A stretch of DNA of 64,000 bases from Octopus sinensis (Eukaryota), in assembly GCF_006345805.1 (NCBI RefSeq), contig NC_043000.1, positions 17,546,001 to 17,610,000 of the forward strand. The letters are read 5' to 3'. The notes under the pieces are model-generated. The model was given only the letters and a program-made list of their open reading frames with translations, was not told where the DNA came from and ran no database searches. A program made the translations under genes and the position numbers. Position 1 is the stretch's first letter. Each line of letters opens with the position of its first letter. This document shows positions 25,238 to 38,055 of the stretch, one piece after another.

Positions 25238-26516
25238 TTAGGTTATCAAGTATGAAATTTGTAGTAAGGTATATGGTAAAATTTGAGAGCTGCTCATTTT
25301 GCGCCATTATTATATTTTAACAATCTTTATTTTTTGTTAGAAAGTTGACACATCTATTTCTTTATTCTAACTCTTTTTGTGCTTTATAAAGTATTTATAA
25401 ATCGCTTTTTGCTATTTTTGTTTAGAGATGGATAAGTCGGAAATTCATACAGTTTTGAAATATGAGTTCTTTCTTGGAAATACAGCATCACAGACAGCTC
25501 AGAATATTAATGGAGTATTTCATTCTAATGTTATTACACAGCAGACAGTATCAAATTGGTTTGCAAAATTTCGTTCTGGTGACTTTGATCTCACAAATGA
25601 GCAATGCAGTCAACCAAAAATAAAGGCGGATAATGACAAACTGAAAGCCACTGTCAAGTCAGATCCATCTCAAAGTACCTATGAATTATCGTTGTTATTT
25701 GGTGTTAACAAGCAAACAATATTGACTCACCTAGTTCAAATTGGTAACATGAAAAAGTTGGCTAAGTGGGTTCTACATGAACTCAATGAAATCAGAAACA
25801 GCAATGTTCGGAAGCCTGCATTATGCTACTTTCTTGTCACAAAAATTAATCATTTTTGAATCGAATTGTAACATGTGATAAGAAATAGATCCAATACAAC
25901 AACCGTAAATGTTCAGCACAATGGTTGGACAATGATCAGCCACCAAAACACAGTCCCAAAAGCAAAATTCTTCAAGGGAAGTTGATGGTGTGTGTTTGGT
26001 GGTCTGGTGCAGGTGTGATCCATTATGATTTCATTAAACCTGGCTCATCAATCACTGCTGAAGTATATTGCAACAAACTGGACCAAATGATGTAGAAACT
26101 TACAAAAAGACAGCCTAGATTAGTCAACAGATCCACTCCTATTTTATTGCAAGACAATATCAGACCACACATTGCAGAAATGACATTGGCAAAACTACAG
26201 GAGTGGGAGTTGGAAGTTCTCCATCATCCACCATACTCACCTGATCTTTTCCCCATTGACTTTTTCCAGAATTTGGATAACTTTTTTATAGGAAAAAATT
26301 TAATTCCAATGATGCTGTAAAACAGACCTTCCAAGATTTTATTGACTCTAGATTGCCAGGCTTTTACAGTTCCAAGCTGGACAAGCTACTGCTTAAATAG
26401 CAAAAGTGTATTGAAAATACAGGTGCATACTTTGATGAATAAAACTCTTCCTTGTGTTTATAAAACATTAGCAAACATTTTTGTCTTTTCTACAGAGTTC
26501 ATACTTGATGACCTAA
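25238..26516 (+). mobile_element. Full-length mariner (DD34D) transposon, inactivated
   Basis: TIRs TTAGGTTATCAAGTATGAA / TTCATACTTGATGACCTAA with TA on both sides; length 1279 bp. The transposase (25428-26442) contains KWVLHEL, RIVTCD, LLQDNIRPH and HPPYSPDL motifs but is broken by frameshifts and stops. Confidence 0.95.
25428..26442 (+). pseudogene. Mariner transposase pseudogene
   Basis: HTH N-terminus MDKSEIHTVLKYEF... and all three catalytic-motif regions are present in shifted frames. Confidence 0.92.
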
Positions 26517-26699
26517 TATATATATACTTGAGGGAACAATAAAAAAAAAGGTGTATTATTTGATGCTCAAGAAAAATGGAAAAGTCTTTAATGTTTTGAG
26601 CATATGCTCATTGACAGAAAGGAGCAGGGAAAGGAAACGGAGAAAGAAAAAAATGGAGAGAGAAAAAGAAAACATCTGGATTAATGGTTTCCCATGTAG

Positions 26700-26736
<37 letters not shown>

Positions 26737-27148
26737 AATTGAGATAGGGGTTGTAAATGCAACCCTCCATGGGATAACATATATCCAATATACTGCTAGT
26801 GACGTACCCAACAAAGTTAATACATAAATGTTAATGATTGCGATGCAATCAATTCATTTACTGTATTATATGGGCAAGGTAAAATGATTTACCACAAATT
26901 ACTAATACAAGATAAGAAAATGGAGAAATAAATCTAAATCAAATATCAATTACCAGATAATACTCAATCACATACTTTATTAAACCACCACATAAGAGAC
27001 TGTAGGGTTAAATATAAAAAGCAGAACAAATCAGTGTACATAAAGGAATGTACATAAAAAAGTGTACATAAAAGAGTAATGTTGTATAATAAGTAGAATA
27101 TATATAAAAGAGAATATAAATATAAGTAAATATAAATATAAGTATAGG

Positions 27149-27286
27149 TTACATCTTACAGCTGTTTCGGCCATGTAGATAAGTATGTCTCATTTTACCA
27201 ATATTAGCCCTTTATGGTTGGTCAATATATAGATATAAATGAGACATTTACAAAAATATCATAAGACCTCTTCGGAGATTATGTAA
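27149..27286 (-). ncRNA. Type I hammerhead ribozyme motif with a U4C substitution and a long stem II
   Basis: Minus strand: ATCT-CCGAAGA-GGTC...GGCC-GAAA-CAGCTG-TA-AGAT. Stem III is the palindrome ACAGCTGT. An internal perfect hairpin is formed by TGTCTCATTT/AAATGAGACA. Confidence 0.6.
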
Positions 27287-28350
27287 TATAAATCAGTCTA
27301 CATATATACCCACATGGGTGTGGGTGCATACCCATAATACAACATATACATATACATATGAGTGCATATACTCACACTCCTATACATATAAAAATATACA
27401 TATACATAATGATATAAATAAATAATATAAATTAGTAAACATATATATGTGTTCCACATTCAATGTTTCAGTTTTTCGACTTAATATTGTGATAATAAAC
27501 ATACACAAATTAGTACCTAGATGCAAATATACATAGTCAATAGTACATTATATTACTTCATAATAATTTCTAAAGTGTTATTAAAGTTAGCATCATTATC
27601 GTTGTCAATACCATTAATGTTACTATTATTATCATTCATAATATTATTAATAACGCTTACATTATGATCCAGAGCGGTATATATATATGTCCGGGTTCAA
27701 GTTAGTAATTTTCCTTATGACATAAATACACTATTGGATTTGAATTTAAAATTATTATTGTGTTGCATTTGTTAAATAATTGTAAACTGTAACCCTCCTC
27801 CTTTCGGAGAAGGGGCTTTGGTTATTGTTTAAAAATTGAATTGTGTCCCTGTTTAGGAAAATTGACAAAATTTTCACCGTCTTTACTGATGCATTTTTGT
27901 TAAAATGCCTTCGATAGAAGAAAGTCTAAAAATGAATTTTGCTGCAGCCGTACACTTCTATACAAGAGGGGGGACAAGATCCAATTGATCGAAATTGCAA
28001 GAGACGGGCCTATAATTCCAGTCTGTTATATATTTTGAGTATCGTTATCACTAGCGATATCAAGATATAACTTTGTATTTTGTATTTTATGTGTAGATGT
28101 ATATATATATAGATGTACATGTAATATGTACACATATATATACACATATATACATGCATAATATATCTACCCATACACACATACGCACACACACACACAC
28201 ACATACATAGGGGCAGATGTGGCTGTGTGGTAACAAACTACGTTCCAAACACATGGTCCTGGGTTCATGTACATATATACATACATACATCCATACATGC
28301 ATACATGTGTGTGTGTGTGTATGTATGTGTATTAATGTGTGTGTGTGTTA

Positions 28351-28742
28351 TCTCTCTCTATATAAAGCTGAAGTTGTCTGTGTGCGCCAGGTTTGGTAGC
28401 CTTCAACGAACACTATCTCCTCTGAGACTCTGCGGTGCAAGTTGGCCAAAATTGAGAGTATGATAGAAGAAGGCTTGCTCTTCATTCCGTAGAAGATAAA
28501 ATTCAAATCGGACCATGTTAACACCAAAAATTATTTACATCAAAAAGGTGCTTTTTTCTATGAAAATCCCTATTTTTTTACGATTTTTTCACTGCTGTGT
28601 CGCCACTTTTCGGTGTATTTCAACCAGAAAAATGTTCACTTAAAGAGAATAACAAGCTACATAATGCAAAATTTTTACTTTTCAAAAATTCCAATTCCAG
28701 CAGGTCGAAACAAACCCGAGCAACGCCAGGCGATACTGCTAG
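28351..28742 (+). mobile_element. Non-autonomous Helitron
   Basis: 5' TC start; 3' hairpin CCCGAGCAACGCCAGG followed by CTAG. The 5' half recurs inverted at about 51050-51290. Confidence 0.75.
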
Positions 28743-29124
28743 TATATATATATATATATAGATATACATATATGTATATATATATATACACACACACATA
28801 TCTATATATATATACATATATATATATCTTTATATACATATATGTTTATGAGGGATATTTGAAAACAGTTTTATCAAACAATAAATAAGTCAGTGCACAC
28901 ACTTCTATATTGCTACCTTACAAGGAATCCAAGTGTTTTAAGGATTAATTCAAGATGTGTATTTCATTTTCAGGTGGTAAAGCAAATCAGAGGAGACAAA
29001 AGGGCAAAGTGTTATCTTTGCAACTCAGAAGAACTTCCTGCAAAGACAGCTTGTTAAATCAATTCAGGATTACTATGACTTGTATGTATGTAGTTTGATA
29101 AGCACTCTTTTGTGTGTGTGTGTG

Positions 29125-29155
<31 letters not shown>

Positions 29156-29169
29156 TGTGTGTGTATGCT

Positions 29170-29417
29170 TAGGTGTGTATGTATTTCTTTCATTTCTTTC
29201 AGTTACTGGACTGTGGTCATGCTGGAGCATCGAACAAGTTGATCTCAGTACTTATTTTTTTGAAGTTTGGTCCTTATTCTGTTGGTCACTTAAACTGAGT
29301 CTCTAAGTTACCAGGATTTAAACAAGCCAACACCAGTTGTCAAGCAGTGGTTGTGGACAAACAAAGACTTGTGTACACACACGCACCCCCCACCACACGC
29401 ATGCATGCACACGCACG

Positions 29418-29515
<98 letters not shown>

Positions 29516-30070
29516 CAGGTTTCCACACATTTTCTGTCTACCAAATTCACTCGTATGGATCATCATCATCATCATTGTCATTTAACGTCCGTTTTCCATA
29601 CTGGCATAGGTTAGACAGTTTGACTGGAAGTGATAAGCTGAGAGCTGCACCAGATTCCTGTCTGATTTGGCTTGGTTTCTACAGCTTGATGCCCTTCCTA
29701 ACACCAAACACGCCAAGAGTGTAATGGGTGCTTTTACGTGCGTGCCACTTGTATGAGTGCCATATGCATTGCACTGGCAACGGTCATAACTATGGTTTCA
29801 TAGGTGCCATTTATATGAAATTGACAATGGCTGCAACTACAATTTTACTTAGCTTGACAAGTCTTTTCAGTCACTTGTCATCAGCTACCTGAAGCCAATA
29901 TTTGAAGATCACGCTTCACCACCTTACCCCTTGGCCCTATTGGGCCCAACACGCAAAACCGGTAAAGGCCATGACTACAACTTCACTTGGCTTGACAAGT
30001 CCTCTGAAGCACAGCATATTGGCAAAGGTCTCGGTTACTTTTCATCGCCTCCATGAGGCCCAACATTTGA
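29170..30070 (-). mobile_element. SINE family B (about 29170-29555) plus an RTE 3' fragment (about 29560-30070)
   Basis: Reverse complements of the family B and family A motifs. Confidence 0.7.
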
Positions 30071-30931
30071 ATATTTATGTTTTTGGTGTGGTGTTTTCAG
30101 TCTGACAAAGGCTTGTGATGTAATGGTTTAGGCGTTAGGCTCACAATTGCTCGGTCATGGATTCAATTCCCAGAAAGAGCAACTCATTGTATCCTTGAGA
30201 AAGAGAGATACTTCATGACATTTTTCTCCATCTAAAATTTTGTTACTATATTTCTGTTGAGATACACTTATTATTTTAATCAATTCTTGAAATAATGAGG
30301 AATTTAGTAAACTAACTTTGTCTTTATTAAGCGGGTGATTGTACATAAATTAACATGAAATTTCGGTGGAAGGTTTTAATTTCAATCACTTTTAGCAGGA
30401 ACTTGTAGGTTGATATTAAAAAGGTTTATTTTTCTTTCTTTTTTTTTTTGTTATCTCACTGATTCATCTTTGCCAATGTACATCAATAAAAGATATACAC
30501 TTTATACACTTACACAAAAATATGCACGTGTTCATACATACACACAGGTATATATACACATACATCATCATCATCAACAAAATTTTATATCCACTTTTCT
30601 ATGCTGGCATGGGTGGTTGTATGATTTTTCTGAGTTAAGATAAATAATTCATAGAGGCCACTGGCACATAATTGAACAACAAAAAACAAATATGGATATT
30701 TTAAATACTATACAAAATAAGTTCTTGATTTATAGAAATTATGCTATTTTCCAGAGAATATATATCTATAATAACAATCAATGGGGAAAAAAGATCACTG
30801 TATCTTTATACTGCCATCTTTATTCTTTCAATTGTTTTATTTTATATTCTGAAACAGATAAACTATTCTTATAATCAGTACATTTCCAGGATTTTTAGTT
30901 TGTACAGAACACTCTTGAATTAACTGGATGA

Positions 30932-30967
<36 letters not shown>

Positions 30968-31044
30968 GTATAAAGCATGAAGTGGTGATATTTTTGCCTG
31001 GATTTCATGAATGTCCCTTTTTTAATATATATATGTGTATATAC

Positions 31045-31259
31045 TCTTTACTCTTTACTCTTTTACTTGTTTCAGTCATTTGACTGCGGCCATGCTGGAG
31101 CACCGCCTTTTAGTCGAGCAAATCGACCCCGGAACTTATTCTTTGTAAGCCCAGTACTTATTCTATCGGTCTCTTTTGCCGAACCGCTAAGTGACGGGGA
31201 CGTAAACACACCAGCATCGGTTGTCAAGCAATGCTAGGGGGACAAACACAGACACACAA

Positions 31260-31290
<31 letters not shown>

Positions 31291-31462
31291 CATATATACG
31301 ACAGGCTTCTTTCAGTTTCCGTCTACCAAATCCACTCACAAGGCATTGGTCGGCCCGGGGCTATAGCAGAAGACACTTGCCCAAGATGCCACGCAGTGGG
31401 ACTGAACCCGGAACCATGTGGTTGGTTAGCAAGCTACTTCCCACACAGCCACTCCTGCGCCT
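31045..31462 (-). mobile_element. SINE family B, full length, young
   Basis: Near-identical to 7285-7712. Confidence 0.92.
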
Positions 31463-31788
31463 ATGTGTGTGTATATATATATATATATATGTATCTTAAT
31501 GGGGAAGGCTTGTTTATGTGATTGAAATGTACACTGCGCTACATCTTAGAGAGTGCTTCTCCTCTGGATTTATGTTTCCTACAAATGATATATATATATA
31601 AGCTGTTATAAGGCTTATCTTCTTTTCATTTTTGGTGAATGGTGAACCCTGCACTTTCTAGACAGATGATACCAAGTTTTTATAAGCACTGAAATTGTAA
31701 TGACTCTGGATAATTGACTTATTAAACGGACTTATCCATTTCTGTTTTTTCTACTTTCTTTTAATTGTTGTACATGATGTTCAAAATT

Positions 31789-31826
<38 letters not shown>

Positions 31827-33067
31827 ATTCACATATTCTATCACCATTTTTGGTGAATGGACTTAACATGCTAGGGCATTGCTTTCAAGAGCTATTTTAA
31901 TCATATCCACCCCAATATTTATTCCAATCTGTTATTTATTATATTGATCTCTGTTTATTCAGTGAACTCAAAAACAACTTCTTTCTACCAATTTCTCTTC
32001 ATAAAGTATTGTTGAGCCCATATCAATAGTGTAAAAGTTATTTCTTCATAGCACCTTGTAGTGGGACTGAACAGGAAACCACGTGGTTTGGGTATTTAAA
32101 CTTCATATCCACAGAGCCACACCTGCAACTCTCTCTCTCTCTCTGTATGTGTGTGAGAACTAAGAATTGATAAAACCTTACATTAATAAAGAACTCAACA
32201 CCAGATACACTGATCATGTAGAATCAAAGACAAAATTAAGAGTTCAAATTATCTCGGAGATATCTTTGTTTCTTAGATAAATCATAATTCTTGTCTAATC
32301 ATCAGAGATTATCATTTATATATTTTTCTAATGGACTTTTGATAAAGCCTATCTTATCACAACATTTTAAAATCTGAATTTGAAAAGTATTACAATATTT
32401 TCAAATTCAGATTTTGTTATGTTGTGATAGAAATGTTTACATGTGGACTTTATCAAAAGTCCATTAGTAAAATAAATGATAATTGCCTGATTAAACGAGA
32501 ATTTTTTTTTTTATGTATTATCATCATCATCATCATCAGCATCATCATCATCAGCACCATCATCATCATCTCATCATCGTCATCAAAACATTTGTTGCTG
32601 CCACCTCTGTTGTCATTGCCATCTTCATCAGTACCACAGCCACTGCCACCACCACCACCACCATCGCCGTTGTCATCATCATTCTCATCTCTATTATTTT
32701 TTATCATGCTGACATGGTTGACTGAAATTTATTGAAACATTATTCTAGTTTTCTAAGACTGGATGTCTTTCCTGTAGCCAACTCTTACTTGTTTTTCAAG
32801 TAAAGTATTATTATTCTAATAGACTTCACATGCTCAAAACCACTGATGAGCTATAGGACATAGTTACAAGACAGGTAAACAGGCACCAATTTCACTCAAG
32901 CAATGTCATACAAAGACAGGTGGGAACTAAAATTCAATGTGGTATTTCTCTAAGCTATATACATATATATATGTGTGCATTCTTATATATATATATCTAA
33001 AATGAAGATATTTTATCCCACATGGGTAGAAATATAGGAAAAATAAAAGTAGAAAATGCACTGAGAA

Positions 33068-33470
33068 TAGGCACAGGAGTGGCTGTGTGGTAAGTAGCTT
33101 GCTTACCAACCACATTGTTCCAGGTTCAGTCCCAGAGCGTGGCACCTTGGGCAAGTGTCTTCTACTATAGCCTCGGGCCGACCAAAGCCTTGTGAGTTGA
33201 TTTGGTAGACGGAAACTGAAACAAGCCTGTCGTATATATGTATGTGTGTGTGTGTGTGTATGTATACGTTTGTGTGTCTGTGTTTGCTTGACAACCAATG
33301 CTGGTGTGTTTATGTCCCCGTCACTTAGTGGTTCGGCAAGATAGACCAATAGAATAAGTACTAGGCTTACAAAGAATAAGTCCTGGGGTCGATTTGCTCA
33401 ACTAAAGGTGGTGCTCCAGCATGGCCGCAGTCAAATGACTGAAACAAATAAAAGGATAAAAGAATAAAAG
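33068..33470 (+). mobile_element. SINE family B
   Basis: Consensus head, core and tail. Confidence 0.88.
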
Positions 33471-33480
33471 AATATTTAAA

Positions 33481-33520
33481 GATTTAACCGGTTTCACAGT
33501 TTACACTGATTTTCAAAAAG
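33481..33520 (-). ncRNA. Degenerate minimal hammerhead motif (U3-A8 variant)
   Basis: Minus strand: TTT-TTGAAAA-T-CAGT-GTAA-ACTG-T-GAAA-CCGG-TT-AAA. Confidence 0.35.
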
Positions 33521-33773
33521 TTGAAGTAGAAAGACATGGCTTACCTTACAACTGTCTTGCTTCTGACTAGTGTTTGGAGTTTGCCCTATTTCTATAAGGA
33601 GTTCATGGCTCAAATTATTATTTGTTTTGAATAGGACTTCACTGGGAGAGGATAGTCACATAACTGGTTTTAGAAATTTTTGTAGGTTCCCTGATGCATC
33701 TGTGTGTTATTATCAAGTGACAAATTAAGGCTGATATGGTTGACTGAACATGTCTAGTGACATATGTATATAT

Positions 33774-34161
33774 GTGGTGGAAGCACTCCGTCGGTTATGA
33801 CGATGAGGGTTCCGGTTGATCCGAATCAATGGAACAGCTTGCTCGTGAAATTAACGTGTAAGTGGCTGAGCACTCACAGACACGTGTACCCTTAACGTAG
33901 TTCTCGGGGATATTCAGCGTGACACAGAGAGTGACAAGGCCGGCCCTTTGAAATACAGGTACAACAGAAACAGGAAGTAAGAGTGAGAGAAAGTTGTGGT
34001 GAAAGAGTACAGCAGGGATCACCACCATCCCCTGCCGGAGCCTCGTGGAGCTTTAGGTGTTTTCGCTCAATAAACACTCACAACGCCCGGTCTGGGAATC
34101 GAAACCGCGATCCTATGACCGAGAGTCCGCTGCCCTAACCACTGGGCCATTGTGCCTCCAC
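33774..34161 (-). mobile_element. tRNA SINE, head D + tail X
   Basis: Near-identical to 47473-47863. Confidence 0.9.
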
Positions 34162-34204
34162 TGTTTATATATGTATACACACGCTCACACACACACACAG
34201 CACA

Positions 34205-34247
<43 letters not shown>

Positions 34248-34489
34248 AGCAGCATCATTTTAACATCCACTTTCCCATGTCCACTTTTCAATACTTGCAT
34301 AGGTCAGATAGAGTTTGTTAATGTAGATTTTCTACAGCCAGATGCCCATCCTCTTGCCAATATGCACACACACATATGTATGTATGTATGTATGCATGTA
34401 TATATATGTGTGTATGTATGTATGTTTGTATATATATGTGTATATATGTGTGTGTATATATATATATATATATGTATTCCTCATCATCA

Positions 34490-35478
34490 TCATCATCATC
34501 ATCGTTTAGCGTCCGTTTTCCATGCTAGCATGGGTTGGACGGTTCTACTGGGGTCTGTGAAGCCAGAAGGCTTCATCAGGCCCAGTCAAATCTGGCCAGT
34601 GTTTCTACGGCTGGATGCCCTTCCTAACGCCAACCACTCCGTGAGTGTAGTGGGTGCTTTTTACATGCCACCCGCACTGGTGCCAGACAGAGCTGGCAAA
34701 CGGGCCACGAACGGATGGTGCTTTTTATGTGCCACCGGCCACGAGGGCCAGGCGAGGCTGGCAACGGACACGAAACGGGGCGGTGCTGGCAACGGTCGCG
34801 AAACGGAAAGTTCTCTTACATGCCACCGGCACTGGTAACAATCTGCAATTTCCATTGATCGATTTCATTGATCGATTTCCATTGATCGATTCGATTCTGA
34901 TCTCACTTGCCTCAACGGGTTTCAAAAGCAGAGTTTCGACATGCCACCAGCACTGGTAGCCACATCCGCAATTTCCATTGATCGATTTCGATTCTTGATC
35001 CTCACTTGCCTCAACACGTCTTACAAGTAGAGTTTGGTGTCCCCAAGAAGGAAGGTATGCATACGTAGGCTGGCTCAATCCCATGTAGAAGGCCACGGGT
35101 TATGGACTCACTTGTCTGCCGGGTCTTCTCGCGCACAGCACACTTCCAGAGGTCTCGGTCTCTAGTCATTTCCTCAGTGAGACCTAAAGTTCGAAGGTCG
35201 TGCTCACCACCTCGTCCCAGGTTTTCCTGGGTCTGCCTCTTCCACAGGTTCCCTCAACGCTAGGGTGTGGCACTTTTTCACACAACTATCTTCATCCATT
35301 CTCGCCACATGACCATACCAGCGCAAACGTCTCTCTTGCACACCACACATGATGCTTCTTAGGTCCAGCTTTTCTCTCAAGGTACTTACACTCTGCCGAG
35401 TGTGAGTACCGGCTTACACATCCATCGGAGCATACTGGCTTCATTTCTAGCGAGCTTACGCATATCCTCAGCAGTCAT
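34490..35478 (-). mobile_element. RTE LINE 3' portion including the ORF2 C-terminus
   Basis: Minus-strand translation (frameshifted) gives MTAEDMRKLARNEASMLRWMC...ERRLRWYGHVARMDEDSCVKKC...GRGRPRKTWDEV. It is followed by a 3'UTR with ~55-nt subrepeats and a (GAT)n tail. Confidence 0.9.
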
Positions 35479-35519
35479 ATATATATACATATATGTATAT
35501 ATATACGTATATATATATT

Positions 35520-36185
35520 GGCTTCTGTGCCGGTGGCACATAAAAAGCACCATCCGAGCGTGGCTGACGCCAGCACCGCCTCGACTGGCTTCTGTGCCGG
35601 TGGCACATAAAAAGCACCAACCGATCGTGGGATTCCGGAACATCTCAAAATCTTGAGGAGACCTGTTGAGTCAAGTGCATGTACATGAACAGCGAACCAA
35701 ATATCAATGGAAACAGTAGTTGTGATACCTGTGCTGGTGACACATAAAAAGCACCATCCGAACGTGGCCGTTGCCGGTGCAGCCTCCACTGGCTTCTGTG
35801 CCGGTGGCACATAAAAAGCTCCATCCGAACGTAACCGATGCCAACCCTGCCTCGAATGGCTTCTGTACCGGCGGCACATAAAAAGCACCACCCAAATGTG
35901 GCCGATGCCAGCACCGCCTTGACTGGCTTCTGTGCCGGTAGCACATAAAAAGGCACCAACCGATCGTGGCTGATGCCAGACCCCTCTGGCACCTGTGCAG
36001 GTGGCACGTAAAAAGCACCCACTACACTCGCGGAGTGGTTGGCGTTAGGAAGGGCATCCAGCTGTAGAAACACTGCCAGATCAGACTGGAGCCTGGGGCA
36101 GCCCCTGGCTCCCCAGACCCCGGTCGAACCGTCCAACCCGTGCTAGCGCGGAAAACGGACGTTAAACAATGATGATGATGATGAT
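35520..36185 (+). mobile_element. RTE LINE 3'UTR with tandem ~55-nt subrepeats
   Basis: Repeated GTGCCGGTGGCACATAAAAAGCACC units, the conserved tail, and (GAT)n. Confidence 0.85.
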
Positions 36186-36629
36186 GATATATCTTCTATA
36201 TAATAAAGCTCAACATCTGTGTGTTTGTACAGCTATAGGACGAAAGGGAATAGAAGATATATAAGAACAAAGTATGTGTTCTCATGTAAAATTTTATGAG
36301 AGAGATGATGAGCTTCATAAAAGGCACTTTCTATTGCAATTACGGGGCTTAAAGGGGGGGGGGGGGGCAAACATCTCCTGTGAAATTTCAAATACCTCTG
36401 ATTTCAATGAAAATAACATAACTACTAGGTACTAAGTAAAGACGATTTTCAAAATTTCCCCATCTTACGATACTATTCAACTCCACTAATGGGGTTATAA
36501 CAACACAGGACAGAGCCCCTTTGAAAGTGTAAATGCATCCACTTTTCATGGAAGATACACAGAATTTAAGTATGTGTTCTTGGAATAAGTGTACTACAAA
36601 ACTTAAACAATGCATATCTTATGTCATTA

Positions 36630-36990
36630 TCATCATCATCATCATCATTTAGCATCCGCTTTCCATGCTAGCATGGGTTGGACGGTTCAACTGGGGTCAG
36701 GGAAGCCAGAAGGCTGCACCAGGCCCAGTCTGATCTGGCAATGTTTCTACGGCTGGATGCCCTTCCTAACACCAACCACTCTGTGAGTGTAGTGGGTGCT
36801 TTTTACGTGTCACCGGCACAGGTGCCAGACGAGGTTGGCAAACGGCCACAATTGGATGGTGCTTTTTACGTGCCACCAGCACGGACGCCTGTCGGGGCGG
36901 CGCTGGCAACGGCCACATTCGGATGGTTTGCTTACGTGCCACCGGCACTGGTATCACGGCTACAATTTCCATTGATGTTGATCGATTTCG
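36630..36990 (-). mobile_element. RTE LINE 3' end
   Basis: Family A motif. Confidence 0.82.
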
Positions 36991-37043
<53 letters not shown>

Positions 37044-37708
37044 TATATGTGTGTGTGTATGTGTTTGTGTGTCTGTGTCTGTGTTTGTACCCCCACCATC
37101 ACTTGACTACCAATGTTGCTGTGTTTATGTTCCCATAATTTAGCTGTTTGCAAAACACACCAATAGAATATGTACTATGCTTACAAAGAATAAATGCTGT
37201 TGTCAATTTCTTTGACCAAAGGTGGTGCTCCAGCTTTGCTGCAGTCACATGACCGAAGCAAGTAAAACAATAAAAAAACTATGCCATTTTATTCCTGAGC
37301 AATGCTGAGTATCTCTACTAGTATATATAAAATCCCCAAAATGGAACAAGAATTCAACAGATGACAATAAAACATCCGGACAAATAGATGATCCAAAGAT
37401 GGACAGGAAAAACAACAAAAATACAGACAAAACAAGGAAGGGTCATATGCAGCCTTCTCTCCTCAGTCAAGTTTCCAGATTATCCTTACAGTTTCAGGTG
37501 GTTACACTTGAGACTGGCTGGCCCCAAAAATCTAAGCTAAGAGCATTAAATATTTTGCAAGCAAATGTGTATGACAACAAAGATAAAAAAAAAACGGAGA
37601 AAATGTTACACAATTACAAATACAAACAAGAAGACAACAACATATATATGTATGTATATATATACATGTATATGTGTATATGTATATGTGTGTGTGTATA
37701 TATATATA

Positions 37709-37740
<32 letters not shown>

Positions 37741-37744
37741 GTCA

Positions 37745-37786
<42 letters not shown>

Positions 37787-37811
37787 TATATGTATATATG
37801 TATATATACAT

Positions 37812-38055
37812 GTATATGGCAAAAAGAAAATGGAGGGGATACAAAAATGACATACATCAGCTAGTAGGCATTCCATTATATCTATTTATTCCAAAACAAA
37901 AGGGAATATTATAAGAATACATACAGCCGTTTCTGCAGAAACGGCTGTAAGGAACTGATCTTTTGTTTTGTTTTGGAATAAATAGATATAATAGAATGCC
38001 TACTGGCTGATGTATGTCATTTTTGCATCCCCTCCATTTCCTTTTTGCTGTATAA
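37812..38055. repeat. Long fold-back palindrome
   Basis: Arms of about 85 nt (GGCAAAAAGAAAATGGAGGGGAT...TTCCAAAACAAAA and its reverse complement) surround the central palindrome TACAGCCGTTTCTGCAGAAACGGCTGTA. Confidence 0.9.

Noticed and set aside
32841-32880. CTGATGA followed by a GCTAT/ATAGT hairpin
   Set aside because: There is no GAAA box or stem III, so it is not a hammerhead.
35520-35990. Regularly spaced ~25-nt repeats with variable spacers, superficially CRISPR-like
   Set aside because: The context is eukaryotic, the spacers are homologous to each other, the array is part of the RTE 3'UTR, and there are no cas genes.
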